A program made the position numbers and the translations under genes. 64,000 nucleotides of DNA, taken from IMG/VR virus record IMGVR_UViG_3300046794_000123, positions 1-64,000 of that record; one strand, written 5' to 3'. Numbering within the stretch: position 1 is the stretch's first letter; each line of letters starts with the position of its first letter. The stretch is from a virus. The notes under the pieces are model-generated. The model saw nothing but the letters and a program-made list of their open reading frames with translations, made no database searches and was not told where the DNA came from. Below, one piece after another: positions 30,776 through 40,571 of this stretch.

Positions 30776-31261
30776 TTATTCAATCGATTTAGCGGCCATG
30801 TTGATAGCGTCGATGATCGAGTCATAAGACGCCTGCGCCACAGCCGCCGAGGTTGCGGTGATGATTTCGTACTTGCGCATACGCAAGGCACCGATCTGGG
30901 ACAGTGCCGCCTTCAGGTTGGTGGCTTGCACGAGAATCAGGTCAGCTGCCTGCTGGTTCGACATGCCGGACGGAACCGCAAAGCCCGTCACCCACGGACC
31001 AGGATCACCCACGTAATCGGCATCCTTGAACGCTTGGGCTGCTGCTTCCCGTGACAGGTATTCCTGCTGAAAGCGGGTCCAGTTCGAGTAGATCTCAGCG
31101 ACGAGACCGTCGATGGCTGTCGGATAAATGTCCTGCAGATACGCGAGCCAGGCAGGATCACTGTCCGCCACGAGGGTGCTGCTGCCATCGTCGGCCACTG
31201 CCCACACATGGTGGGCATCCGTTTGGCCGGTCGATGGGTTGATGGCCATTAGATACTTCAT
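30776..31261 (-). CDS. Tail fibre assembly protein
   Basis: Directly downstream of the long fibre; EYLSREAAAQAFKDADY motif. Confidence 0.6.
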   Translation of the reverse strand: MKYLMAINPSTGQTDAHHVWAVADDGSSTLVADSDPAWLAYLQDIYPTAIDGLVAEIYSNWTRFQQEYLSREAAAQAFKDADYVGDPGPWVTGFAVPSGMSNQQAADLILVQATNLKAALSQIGALRMRKYEIITATSAAVAQASYDSIIDAINMAAKSIE

Positions 31262-34200
31262 GCTGCATTCCTCATCTCAAGTGCTGCGATGCGTGCATTT
31301 GCGTTATCGAGCTTGTCAGCGAGTTCTTTCACCGCCTCGATCAGCGGAGCCACGAGATCGTTGTACGAGACGCCCAGGTACTTCTCCTTGGTTCCTGCAC
31401 CGTGGTTCTCGTTGACGCAGTACGGGAACACTTCCCGGACTTCCTGAGCGATCACCCCGTAGTGCTTCTCGCCGTTTGCCTTGTACGCGTACGAAACACC
31501 CCGGATCGAGCGGATCTTGTCGAGCGAGTCAGACAGGTCCTGAATGTCTTCCTTCAGATTACGGTCCGACCCCTGCGAACCTGCGCCGGCCGCCGTGATC
31601 GTGAAGCGACCCAGTTCCGCCGTGTTGGCATTGTTGACGGTACGGAACACGAAGCCGCCACTGCCCAGCCCCTGGTTGTTGACCAGGCAAGTCTCGCCCG
31701 TGCCCACGTCATTCCAGACAAACTTGCCCCCTTGGGACGAGTAGTTCAGGCCGAAGTTGGCAGCAACTGAAACGCCCCCGCCGAACTGAGCGCCCGCAGA
31801 TCTTGAAGCCGGGTCAGTCACGCCACCAACGCTATTTGCCGAGGCAGCAACGCCTGCCGAGTTTGCGTAGTTCACGCTGAAGTTGGCGGGATTCCACACC
31901 AACATGTTCGCGCCGTCATTGCTGCCCCACATCCAGCTGGGCTGTCCGGCCTGTCCGGAGAAGTTCCATGTCGAGTCGGTACCGCTAGCGAGACGAAGGT
32001 GAAGCGCGGTGTAGATCGAACCGTTAGTCTGTGCCGGACTCGGCAGGTTGCCGGTATCCCACGGCGTGACACCTGCCCAAGTCGGACGAGCACGAGGCAG
32101 ATTCAGTACGCCCCCATCGCTGAGCGACATGTTGATCGCATTGTTCGCGTTATTAACCCACTCCCACTGCTGCGGGGAACCATTGACCCGCATGTGCGGC
32201 GCATAGCCACCCGACCCCCGCATGTAGAACAGTTTCGAGAGAACGCCTGCTCCCGAGTAGTCAACGATCATGTTCCCTTGGAACGTGTGTGACGCCGCAG
32301 CGTACGTCAGGTTGCCCTGCCCCGACGCAGCGGCACCACCCGTAGAGATAATGCGCGAGTCATAATCCGTGCCCAGACCCGAGCTATGGAAGTCGAGCAG
32401 AGCAGTGGTAGTGGCGGCAGCACCAAGCTCGATGTTGCCGCCGTTGATCTGCACACCCCCTTCGAACGTGTGACTGCCCACTGCACTGATCGTGTAGCGT
32501 AGGGTGGCCCCCGTGTAGAAAGTCAAGGCCGGGGCAGTAGTAGCGCCGATCGCCTGAGTACTGAGACGAGTCTCTCCCGGCACGACCAAAAGTTGACCAA
32601 GGGTCGCGTTGTTTGTATCTGCGTTGGAGTAGGCGTTGTAGTTCGCCTGAGTACCCGCACCATTCGGAATCGCGCCTACCACGGTGGGGCTGTCCGGAGT
32701 GGTCGTCTGGAACAGCAGCCGGTTTGCAACCGTGGCGTTCGACATATCGCCCCGGATACGCCGAGCCGCACCGGAGAACGTCAGATCCCCGGCAAGCGTG
32801 GTCAGGCCCGTGCTTCGTGCGATCTTCAGCGGCGTATCGATGAGCGTTCCGCTGTCGTCGTAGCGATTAATGCTGAAGTCGGAGCCCGCGTTTGCGCCGG
32901 CTTCAGTAGCGTTGTTCCGGCCCACCCTCCAGCGATTGAGCATCGCCTTAGAGAACATGACCGACGACTGCGCCCCATCCACGGTGGAGAGTGTCAGCAG
33001 TGCATCCGCCGCAGCCTTGTCGACAGTCACGTTACCGGCGACGTTCACGCTGCCAGTTACGGCCGTGTTGCCGCCGACCTGAAGCACGGACGTACCATCA
33101 TCTACGATCGTGCCGATCAGCTTGCGATTGACGCGCCGGTCCATACAGTTGCCTGCTGCGACATCTACCATAGTCGCACTCCGGCCAACCAGTGTCACCC
33201 ACTCGGCACGGTTGAGCGTAATGGTCTGATAAAGCGCCCCGGCGAAGGCGAACTGAGATCCGTCAGCTGGCAGCGCCAAGGTGAGCGGGCCGACCCCAAC
33301 GTTGAAGAACGTGAGGGTGCGTCCGTTCAGGAACTGGATTGCCGTGAAGAGCGTCAGCGTACCGGCCGTCGCTTTCGACCACTTGACCGCCTTACCAACG
33401 AACGTTGGGTCGATGTCTTGATCTGCCGACAGCGAGACGACACCGCTGAATTGCAAACCGGATGCAGCGATCGCACTGGCTGCTGCCGCAAGTTCACTGG
33501 CATACGCTGCAGTTGCACTCTGCCCCGCCGCTGTTGCGCTACCCGCTGCTGCAACTTCGTGATCATGAGCCAGACCTTCGCTGACTGCTGCTGCCTGCTT
33601 CGACCCATCCGCCGCAGTAGCCGAGAGCGCCGCTGCTTGCTTCGATCCGTCTGCCGCCGCTGCACTGTCCGCAGCTGCCGTCTTAAAGCCATCCGCTGCT
33701 GAGGCGCTTGCTGCCGCAGCAGTCTGGCTGACAAGGGCGGCCGCAGCACTTCCCGAAGCGGCCGAGGCGGCTGCTGTCGCATTGGCGGCCTGGGTGATCG
33801 CTGTCTCATCCTGATCATGCCAACCATCCGACTGGTAGACACGCATCATGTTGGTGACAGTGTTGAAGTATTCGGCACCCACCGCCAGTGGATCGCCGTT
33901 GTTGTCGGTCGTTGGGTCAGCCGCCTTCTTGCCCAAATAGAGGGCATTCATCGTCGAGAGGATGCCCTGAACCAGAGAGAGAGAACTGGCAGCGTCCGCC
34001 GCCGATGCAGCGGTATTCGTCTCACTTACCTTAGATTTGGTCTCGCTGTCCTTGGCATTGAGTTCACTGGTTCGGGCCTTTGCTTCGCTGTCCGCAGCCG
34101 CAGTTTGCGAAACCAATGCTGCCGCTTCTGAATCAGAAGCATTGGTTTCGCTCAACTGGGCGTGTTGCTCTGCGAGCTCGGCCGCAATCCTGGCTGTGTC

Positions 34201-34677
34201 CGAACCAGCGGCGCTTTGTGCAGCAGCCACTTTCGAGGCATCGGCATTCGCCTCAGAGAGAGCTGCCGCCCGCTGCGAAGCAGCTGCTGCGACTTCGCTG
34301 TCCGCGGCATTCGCTTCCGAGAGTGCGGCAGCTTGTTGGCTGGCGAGTGCTGCTGCCGCCTGTGCCGTTGCCCCAGCTTCGTGCTCTGCCGCTGCCAGTT
34401 CCGAGGCATGTGCCGCAGCCTCACTGGCCGCTGCTGCCATCTGGCTGGCCAGTGCCTCAGCCGCTTTGGCGATCGCCGTCTGCTCGGCGGCGAGCGTCGT
34501 AGCCATGGCAGCCTGAATGTCCCCGACAAGGCCATCCACGTTCTGCTCAAGGTACACGATGATGGGGAGCTTCTCGGACACCGACTTCACGATGTCGTAT
34601 GCCGTCCCCACCATCTTGTCCACGGGCAGCGTGTTGCTGCTGCTACCTCGCCGGTCAAGGGTGCTTCGGATGCCCAT
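31258..34677 (-). CDS. Long tail fibre with C-terminal intramolecular chaperone (peptidase S74)
   Basis: Stf-like Ala/Ser coiled repeats, YLGKKAADPTTDNNGDPL, C-term SDRNLKEDI...HYGVIAQEV...LIEAVKEL. Confidence 0.88.
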   Translation of the reverse strand: MGIRSTLDRRGSSSNTLPVDKMVGTAYDIVKSVSEKLPIIVYLEQNVDGLVGDIQAAMATTLAAEQTAIAKAAEALASQMAAAASEAAAHASELAAAEHEAGATAQAAAALASQQAAALSEANAADSEVAAAASQRAAALSEANADASKVAAAQSAAGSDTARIAAELAEQHAQLSETNASDSEAAALVSQTAAADSEAKARTSELNAKDSETKSKVSETNTAASAADAASSLSLVQGILSTMNALYLGKKAADPTTDNNGDPLAVGAEYFNTVTNMMRVYQSDGWHDQDETAITQAANATAAASAASGSAAAALVSQTAAAASASAADGFKTAAADSAAAADGSKQAAALSATAADGSKQAAAVSEGLAHDHEVAAAGSATAAGQSATAAYASELAAAASAIAASGLQFSGVVSLSADQDIDPTFVGKAVKWSKATAGTLTLFTAIQFLNGRTLTFFNVGVGPLTLALPADGSQFAFAGALYQTITLNRAEWVTLVGRSATMVDVAAGNCMDRRVNRKLIGTIVDDGTSVLQVGGNTAVTGSVNVAGNVTVDKAAADALLTLSTVDGAQSSVMFSKAMLNRWRVGRNNATEAGANAGSDFSINRYDDSGTLIDTPLKIARSTGLTTLAGDLTFSGAARRIRGDMSNATVANRLLFQTTTPDSPTVVGAIPNGAGTQANYNAYSNADTNNATLGQLLVVPGETRLSTQAIGATTAPALTFYTGATLRYTISAVGSHTFEGGVQINGGNIELGAAATTTALLDFHSSGLGTDYDSRIISTGGAAASGQGNLTYAAASHTFQGNMIVDYSGAGVLSKLFYMRGSGGYAPHMRVNGSPQQWEWVNNANNAINMSLSDGGVLNLPRARPTWAGVTPWDTGNLPSPAQTNGSIYTALHLRLASGTDSTWNFSGQAGQPSWMWGSNDGANMLVWNPANFSVNYANSAGVAASANSVGGVTDPASRSAGAQFGGGVSVAANFGLNYSSQGGKFVWNDVGTGETCLVNNQGLGSGGFVFRTVNNANTAELGRFTITAAGAGSQGSDRNLKEDIQDLSDSLDKIRSIRGVSYAYKANGEKHYGVIAQEVREVFPYCVNENHGAGTKEKYLGVSYNDLVAPLIEAVKELADKLDNANARIAALEMRNAA

Positions 34678-34679
34678 AA

Positions 34680-35381
34680 TTATTTCCACCCATTGCGTTG
34701 GAATCGGTTGTTGGTCTGTGACTGGGACTGGCCTACCAGATCCAGGGAGATCACCTCAGCGCAGGTCGCCTCGAACGCTGCCAAGTGTCCCTGGCTCATC
34801 ACCTGTGCTTCCTGTGTCTGAGGCTTACCGAAAGCCCGGTACGCGATCCAGGAACGAAGAGCAGGAACAAGGACATCCGGCAGGTCGATCTCCTGCGTCA
34901 GATCTTCGAGCATGAGCAGTGGGTGCTTGGCCTGATAGGTGGCCGACAGCGCCTGCCCCGTCACCGGGTTCGGCACCTGCAAGACATTGAACTGGGGAGT
35001 AAACACCGAACGATGGTCGCTCTCGTTGTTCAGCGGCAACTCCCCACACTCACTGAAGACCGACATGATCCGGAGCACGTCCTCCTGAAACGGCTCCTCG
35101 AACGTGTCACGGATGTAGAGGTACGGCTGCGTGGAGATGCCAGCCTGCGACTGCGCGAACTTGAGCAGCAGGTGGTAGTTCGTAATCGAGTCGACCAGAT
35201 CGAGCACGACATCGCTCTGCTTCAGTACAAAGCGGGTGTAGAGCTTGAGCAGTCCCTCGTTGGTGAAGCGGATGATCGACTCTTTGCCGGCATCGGTAAT
35301 GATGCCGTCCCCGTCTTGGGCGAGAGAGAGGGTCGACAACTCTCCGAAGGAGAGGTCGGCAAACAACTCCGAGATATTCAT
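34680..35381 (-). CDS. Head-tail adaptor (N4 gp67-like)
   Basis: LSFGELS, NEGLLKLYTRF, C-term RFQRNGWK; adjacent to terminase. Confidence 0.8.
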   Translation of the reverse strand: MNISELFADLSFGELSTLSLAQDGDGIITDAGKESIIRFTNEGLLKLYTRFVLKQSDVVLDLVDSITNYHLLLKFAQSQAGISTQPYLYIRDTFEEPFQEDVLRIMSVFSECGELPLNNESDHRSVFTPQFNVLQVPNPVTGQALSATYQAKHPLLMLEDLTQEIDLPDVLVPALRSWIAYRAFGKPQTQEAQVMSQGHLAAFEATCAEVISLDLVGQSQSQTNNRFQRNGWK

Positions 35382-35389
35382 TCAAGACC

Positions 35390-36979
35390 TCACACGATAT
35401 AACTCGACAACCCACTGGGCTCGGAATGCTGCTCCTCGTCCTCGTAGATCTGCACTTCATCAGGGGTGGCCGGCACAGAGTCGGAAGGCTTCCACGGCTT
35501 GAGGAACGCCAGCATGGACACGGTGTCCACGAAGTCGTCTTTGCCTTTGATGCCCGACGATGTGACCAGCTTGATCTGGCCCATAGCCAGACCCATGATG
35601 ACGCTCGACTTCATCTCTGTCGGGAAGAACATCTTCCCCACCTTGAACCAAGGAACAACAAGATTGAAGCGGGAGAGCTTGTCGGTGATTGGGCGTATGC
35701 CAGGAGAGCCACTCTTCTCAGAGCTCGCAAAACTGAACCAGATATTCCTGTTGATCTGTTCGTTCTGGAGCCAGGAGATGAAGCCCTGCTGCTGTCCCGT
35801 GATCTCGATGCCTACCTGCTGCGGTTTGTACTGCTGAACGAGACGGAATAAATCATTGACCGTCTTGTCCATCTTCTGGCGTTCCATGACGCCATCGACC
35901 CAGAACCAGTCGCCGTTGGAATTGTATGCCCAAACACTGATGACGGAGTAGTCAGCCGTGGTTTTTTCGCTGGTGGCGAAGTCCGTGGTGATATAGAAGT
36001 TGAAACTGCTGCGGTTCTGCAACAGGTTCTGTCGGCTGTACCAGCGGATCTCCTCGTCCATCACGAGCCGTTCTTCATCCGAGCTGATACGCAGCATCAA
36101 CTCCTGCATGAACGCTGCCACCTTGCCGGTGAGCACGGCCAGGTCGTACTGCTCCTTGACGAACTTGTAGGTGAAGCGATCCGGCCAGGCCCCGACGAAT
36201 TCCTCCTCGGTGCAGGGAAAGCGCTCACAGACGGGCCACACGTTCACGTCCCACGCACCCGACTCGACCGCTTCAATGAGGATGTCCTCCTTGTTGAACG
36301 GCGTGCCGTTGAAGATGATCTTGCGTTTGGTCGGGTCGAGCGCGTGGTTTACGCCCTTGTAGACCGTGTCCTTGATCGCCTGCATGGCGGCCTTGGACTT
36401 CGAGTCGTCATCACTCACGAGGTCATCGAGCACGCACAGCTTCGGGCGCTTGCCGAAGATCTTCGTCCCTCGGATACCGGTCTTCGCACCGAACATCTTG
36501 ATGCCGAGTCGGTGCCCATCCTTGGACTGGAACTCCAGGTAGTTGTCAGTGAAGGTGGCCTTCGGGATCCAGTGCTGGAGAAACTCCGAGTTGTTGTAAC
36601 GGAACTCGATGTTTTTCCGGGCGCTCTTCACCCCGTTGTCCATGGAGTCGGACACGTAGATCATCGCCTCGACCTTACCGAAACCGGGCAGGTAGCCGAA
36701 GACTGCTAGGAACAGGGAAAAATACTCGAAGAACAGAGTGGTTTTCGCTGCACCCCGGAAACACAGGTTTGCAATGTAGTCCGACCGGGATTCAACTACC
36801 TTGTCCAGCATCTTCAAGTGGACTGGCGGAGTTTTATGAGATTCACCCTGCTCGCCGTTGACGAGCTTGATGAAGTTCATAAAAGTCAGCGCAAACTCAC
36901 TCGGTGTATAGCTTGGACTGTTCAATTCGTGGTAGTTGACCTGATCGAGCCATTGATCTAGCTCTTGTTTGATCAGCAT
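35390..36979 (-). CDS. terL: Terminase large subunit (N4 gp68-like)
   Basis: CFRGAAKTT Walker A, LCVLDD Walker B, ITTDFATSEK and KDDFVDTVS nuclease motifs. Confidence 0.95.
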   Translation of the reverse strand: MLIKQELDQWLDQVNYHELNSPSYTPSEFALTFMNFIKLVNGEQGESHKTPPVHLKMLDKVVESRSDYIANLCFRGAAKTTLFFEYFSLFLAVFGYLPGFGKVEAMIYVSDSMDNGVKSARKNIEFRYNNSEFLQHWIPKATFTDNYLEFQSKDGHRLGIKMFGAKTGIRGTKIFGKRPKLCVLDDLVSDDDSKSKAAMQAIKDTVYKGVNHALDPTKRKIIFNGTPFNKEDILIEAVESGAWDVNVWPVCERFPCTEEEFVGAWPDRFTYKFVKEQYDLAVLTGKVAAFMQELMLRISSDEERLVMDEEIRWYSRQNLLQNRSSFNFYITTDFATSEKTTADYSVISVWAYNSNGDWFWVDGVMERQKMDKTVNDLFRLVQQYKPQQVGIEITGQQQGFISWLQNEQINRNIWFSFASSEKSGSPGIRPITDKLSRFNLVVPWFKVGKMFFPTEMKSSVIMGLAMGQIKLVTSSGIKGKDDFVDTVSMLAFLKPWKPSDSVPATPDEVQIYEDEEQHSEPSGLSSYIV

Positions 36980-37668
36980 CAGGGGATCTCTTTGGCCTCC
37001 ACGTCGATAACTTCCACCAGACGTTGTGCTGCGATGTCTTTTGCGGTGGCTCCATTGGCAATGAGTTCTTGTTGTTGCTGACTCATCTTGCTCAACATCT
37101 CCTTGAGTTCGGTCATTCCTGAACTCTCCTTCAGGTCAATCGGCAGAACACCGACTGCTTCCTTGGGTTTAGCCAAGTGAGTGAGCAGTGAGTTGGCGGC
37201 TTCCTGCCTAACCTTCTCACTCATCGCAGTTCGCATCAGGGTGGCTTGGGTCGTGATCGCCTCCTGATACAGGTGGTTGTTCATCACCCAGCTCGGGACG
37301 ATGGTCTGTTCCAGAATCAGGTTGACCAGCTTGCCCTTGGCGTACGCCGAGACGTAGGAGCTGATCGTCTTCTCGTCGCAGCCCTTCTGCACCAGCGCCT
37401 GGTAGCGGGCCGGGAAGGTCTTGAAGTAGGCGTCCTTGTTCGAGTCGCCCATCACCTTGTAGGAGACGAAGGCCACCGCATGGACGTAGTCCTCGGCCTT
37501 GAACTTGCCCTCCTTCAGCACGGACGTGTAGCTGATGAAGTTGTTGCGTACCTGCTCCGCGACCAGCGGGTCGGCTGCGATGTTGTTGACCAGATCGACC
37601 AGCTGCTGGCTGATCGAGCTCTTGAGCGTGGGCGGTACCGCCCGCACCACCATGTCTTGCGTCAGCAT
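36979..37668 (-). CDS. N4 gp69-like protein (putative small terminase)
   Basis: 229 aa directly upstream of terL; SEKVRQEAANSLLTHL. Confidence 0.75.
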   Translation of the reverse strand: MLTQDMVVRAVPPTLKSSISQQLVDLVNNIAADPLVAEQVRNNFISYTSVLKEGKFKAEDYVHAVAFVSYKVMGDSNKDAYFKTFPARYQALVQKGCDEKTISSYVSAYAKGKLVNLILEQTIVPSWVMNNHLYQEAITTQATLMRTAMSEKVRQEAANSLLTHLAKPKEAVGVLPIDLKESSGMTELKEMLSKMSQQQQELIANGATAKDIAAQRLVEVIDVEAKEIP

Positions 37669-37679
37669 TGGATACTCCG

Positions 37680-37710
37680 TAAACAGAAACGGGCCACCGG
37701 AGTGGCCCTT
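37680..37710 (-). terminator. Terminator
   Basis: Minus strand GGGCCAC-TCCG-GTGGCCC-GTTTCTGTTT. Confidence 0.6.
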
Positions 37711-37714
37711 GGTC

Positions 37715-38497
37715 TTAGCCCTGACTGGCTCGTGCGATTCGTCGTTTCAGGAGCCAGAGGTACTCCTCCTGGCAGTCGGCCTGCGTCTTCAGATCCTGCT
37801 GCTCGACAGGAGGCAGAGCAGCGAACGCCTCGGTCTTGAGGAAGGGCCGCAGCTTCTCGTAGCGAGCTTCCAGCTCAGCAGCCTCGACTTTCAGACGATC
37901 CAAGAAGGAAGTGGAGCGGGGTTCCCCACTCACCGTGTACGCACGTTCGAACACTTCCTTCGGGGACCAGCTGAGGTAGCCGGCGAAGCCAACAACATTC
38001 GAAGCACCGCCGTCCGTGTACTCGACCAGGTAACCGGCATCGTCCGGATTCTCGTCGGCCGGCACAGTCCAGCCACGCAGACCGCTGTACTCTCCGCGAC
38101 TCATCGGTGTGCCGTGGACAACCTTGGTGCCAACATACGTCTTCGTCTCTGAGCCAAGGGGAAGGAGATCCCGCGAAGCTGGGCCGGCTGCGTCGATGAG
38201 CGACAGCTTCCACGCCAGTACGGTACCCAGTGCCTTCCAGACTTCGTTGGTGGCCAGCTTCAGCGCGGCACTCTCACCCATTTCCTGGTTGAAGTTTTCC
38301 TTCGAGACGCACGCGCTATACCCTTCGCAGGAGAAGCGCTCACCGAAGATCTCGACCTGGGCCACGGTCGTGCGGCCATTGGGCAGGACGGTGAAGGTCA
38401 CCTTTCCTTCTTTGATCGCCCTCTCGACTTCCTCCAAGCTGACTCGCGGTGCCTTAGCTCCCGCCGTCAAAAGTTTTTCTGCCGCTGCGGTATCCAT
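37715..38497 (-). CDS. Multi-domain protein: Gp49/Sf6-66-like + GYLVEY...SWSP domain + crAss001_48-like coiled domain
   Basis: APRVS...SACVSKENFNQEMG; YVGTKVV...GYLVEY...SWSPKEVFERAY; FLDRLKVE...LKRRI. Confidence 0.7.
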   Translation of the reverse strand: MDTAAAEKLLTAGAKAPRVSLEEVERAIKEGKVTFTVLPNGRTTVAQVEIFGERFSCEGYSACVSKENFNQEMGESAALKLATNEVWKALGTVLAWKLSLIDAAGPASRDLLPLGSETKTYVGTKVVHGTPMSRGEYSGLRGWTVPADENPDDAGYLVEYTDGGASNVVGFAGYLSWSPKEVFERAYTVSGEPRSTSFLDRLKVEAAELEARYEKLRPFLKTEAFAALPPVEQQDLKTQADCQEEYLWLLKRRIARASQG

Positions 38498-38902
38498 TGT
38501 TTATGTCCTCGTCTGTACGGTAGTCCACAAATAGACTAAGCGCAGTCTAAAGTCTATGTTAGGATTCGTCTACAGAAATTTCAGACTCTATTTCCTTATG
38601 GGAATGGGAGGGTCACTCCTATGGTTGCTCCGCAACAGGGAGGGGGAGAAAAGCTACCCAAACTGAAATCAAGCTGTTAACGTAGCGCCGTGGAAGCTAA
38701 CCCGCGTCCACATGCCGTTACGTTAGGCTTGCCTTCGTTTCGATACCCAAGCGAGAGTGGGGAATGAATAACCATCGCAGTTCCAGCTGACGAACTCCTC
38801 TTCTGAAGTGGTCATGAGTCGGGCTACGCCCTCCTCGCCTACGGCTGCTTCAGTTGTCAGTCAGTGATGGGATACGGAGCCTGAACCGTTCATCAGTCAG
38901 GG

Positions 38903-38941
38903 GATAAGGGAGAGCACTGGTTGCTCTCCCTTGTCTTTTCT
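38903..38941 (+). terminator. Rho-independent terminator in genome-end region
   Basis: GATAAGGGAGAGCA-CTGGT-TGCTCTCCCTTGTC-TTTTCT. Confidence 0.75.
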
Positions 38942-39307
38942 AGGTCCCCTCTCTGCACACCTGGAGCCAAGGGAAAGACAGTTAGTAGACTTCCCCGCAA
39001 ACGCGAGGGTGACCTTCGGGGTCAGCCGAGTCGTACTCTCCCCCCGCTTATAGAGAAAATTTCTCGCCAATTTTCTGGACGAGACCGGATCGGCATGTGC
39101 TCAAAAAAGAGGCACGGTTTCCAGGAAATCTCATAGCTAAGGGACATAGCAGTGTGTGGCCCTCCGGCTTTACACACATACACCACCCCCCCGGTACTGC
39201 TTGCCTATGTGGTATCGCATGCCACCCCTGCTTTACACGGTACACAACCCTTGCTGCTACGCAGATGTTGGTGCTTGTGTTCAAGCTAACTGTTTATCGG
39301 GGGTTGT

Positions 39308-39535
39308 ATGACATTCGCTGCTATCGCTCTGCCTGAGTCCAATGCTGATCTGTATCCCGTACATGCTGATGTGTGTGACTGGGAGGATGAGTTGACTGAG
39401 GAGGAGCTTGAGTTGGCTTCGCTACACGATGCTCACTACTCCCAGTGGTACCTGACTGGACGTAACTCACTGCATAACTACCACGTACGTGAGTGGCTGG
39501 TACACGGTATCGATCTAGGTGATGTGCCGTTCTGA
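39308..39535 (+). CDS. Hypothetical acidic protein (75 aa)
   Basis: ORF with GGGG RBS; ends DVPF. Confidence 0.45.
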   Translation: MTFAAIALPESNADLYPVHADVCDWEDELTEEELELASLHDAHYSQWYLTGRNSLHNYHVREWLVHGIDLGDVPF

Positions 39536-39612
39536 GGATACTGAGACTTAGTCTCGCTTCACTCAGTATGAGGTGAGTGGTAGGTCAGTGCTAACTCAGT
39601 GATTAGCTCTGT

Positions 39613-39632
39613 TCGGCTACGCCGATGTTGGA
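39613..39632 (+). promoter_or_regulatory. vRNAP early hairpin promoter
   Basis: TCGGC-TAC-GCCGA-TGTT-GGA: 5-bp stem, template GTA triloop, 4-nt spacer, +1 G (39630) as in N4 P1-P3. Confidence 0.88.
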
Positions 39633-39720
39633 TCATCTTGATCCTTCTCTTTTTCTGGGTTCAGCCTAAATCCTAAGCTGTTCCTCTTTCCTCAAACTTG
39701 GTTCTAATTGGAGTTTCAAA

Positions 39721-40062
39721 ATGACAACAGCACGCATGACGTTCGGTACGGTTCTGGGCACGGTTTCGGATGCAGCAGTGGCCGTCAGCACGACGCTGGG
39801 TTCGCTCACCCAAGGCGTCAACATGTTGGATGAGTTCGTGAAGGTAGCAGCACTCAAGCAGAAGGCACGCAATGTCGTCGAGGTGGAGACCTTCGCCGTC
39901 AAGCTGCAAGAGGAAGTGGCCATGGAAGAAGTCGAGCGTGGCATCAAGCTGGAGGAGTTCAAGGGCAAGAGCGATGCTCACCGTGCAGCGTTCGACAAGA
40001 GCTTCGAGCGTATCGGCGCACTGCTGGCCAAGCACAAGATCGACATGCCGGTGACGGCGTAA
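39721..40062 (+). CDS. First early protein (N4 gp1-like position)
   Basis: GGAG RBS; RMTFGTVLGTV N-term; first ORF after hairpin promoter. Confidence 0.75.
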   Translation: MTTARMTFGTVLGTVSDAAVAVSTTLGSLTQGVNMLDEFVKVAALKQKARNVVEVETFAVKLQEEVAMEEVERGIKLEEFKGKSDAHRAAFDKSFERIGALLAKHKIDMPVTA

Positions 40063-40221
40063 CACCGTCTGGTCTGCTCACCCTCGGGTGGGCGGGCCAG
40101 CGCACTCCATCTGGATAGACATTCTAGATGGTCATCAAGGGTCTATTGGCGTGTCGCTCAGACAGTCCAATTGGCCCTTTTTATTTTTCCATCATTAGAC
40201 ATATCTTTGAGGTAATCTCCC

Positions 40222-40425
40222 ATGAACAAATCCATCACCTTCGCTGCCATCCTCATTTGCCTGATTGGCATGGGCTTCATCGCTTGGGCCTGTGCACAAA
40301 TGATGATGATCGTTCCCTATTATTCCCATTGGAGCGACGTCGCTGGCCTGCTCATCGGTGTCTGCCTTAATGGGGCTGGCTACATCATGCTGATCGACCT
40401 CGGATCGAGGCCATCACTCGCATGA
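40222..40425 (+). CDS. Small two-TM early protein
   Basis: GAGG RBS; two hydrophobic segments. Confidence 0.65.
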   Translation: MNKSITFAAILICLIGMGFIAWACAQMMMIVPYYSHWSDVAGLLIGVCLNGAGYIMLIDLGSRPSLA

Positions 40426-40556
40426 AAACCTACCGCATTCGGGCATCCAGGTCTGGACGTGCATTTGCCGTCCGGGCCATGGATGAGCGTGATCTCAAGC
40501 TGGTGCTGCGTAATTGCTACGCCTGCACTGTATACATAGTGTTAGAAGTTTATTGA
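40422..40556 (+). CDS. Hypothetical protein (44 aa)
   Basis: ATGA overlap; MKTYRIRASRSGRAFAVRAMDERDLK. Confidence 0.5.
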   Translation: MKTYRIRASRSGRAFAVRAMDERDLKLVLRNCYACTVYIVLEVY

Positions 40557-40571
40557 GCCAAGGAGAAAGAC

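Noticed and set aside
33450-34510. Ala/Ser repeats in the tail fibre as a DGR or invertible cassette
   Set aside because: Ordinary Stf-like coiled-coil repeats; no RT, TR/VR pair or invertase seen
38821-38831. Additional vRNAP promoter GGGC-TAC-GCCC
   Set aside because: Only a 4-bp stem and no GG start at the right distance
39543-39555. Extra iteron GAGAC-TTA-GTCTC
   Set aside because: Half-sites in opposite order and different spacing; single copy
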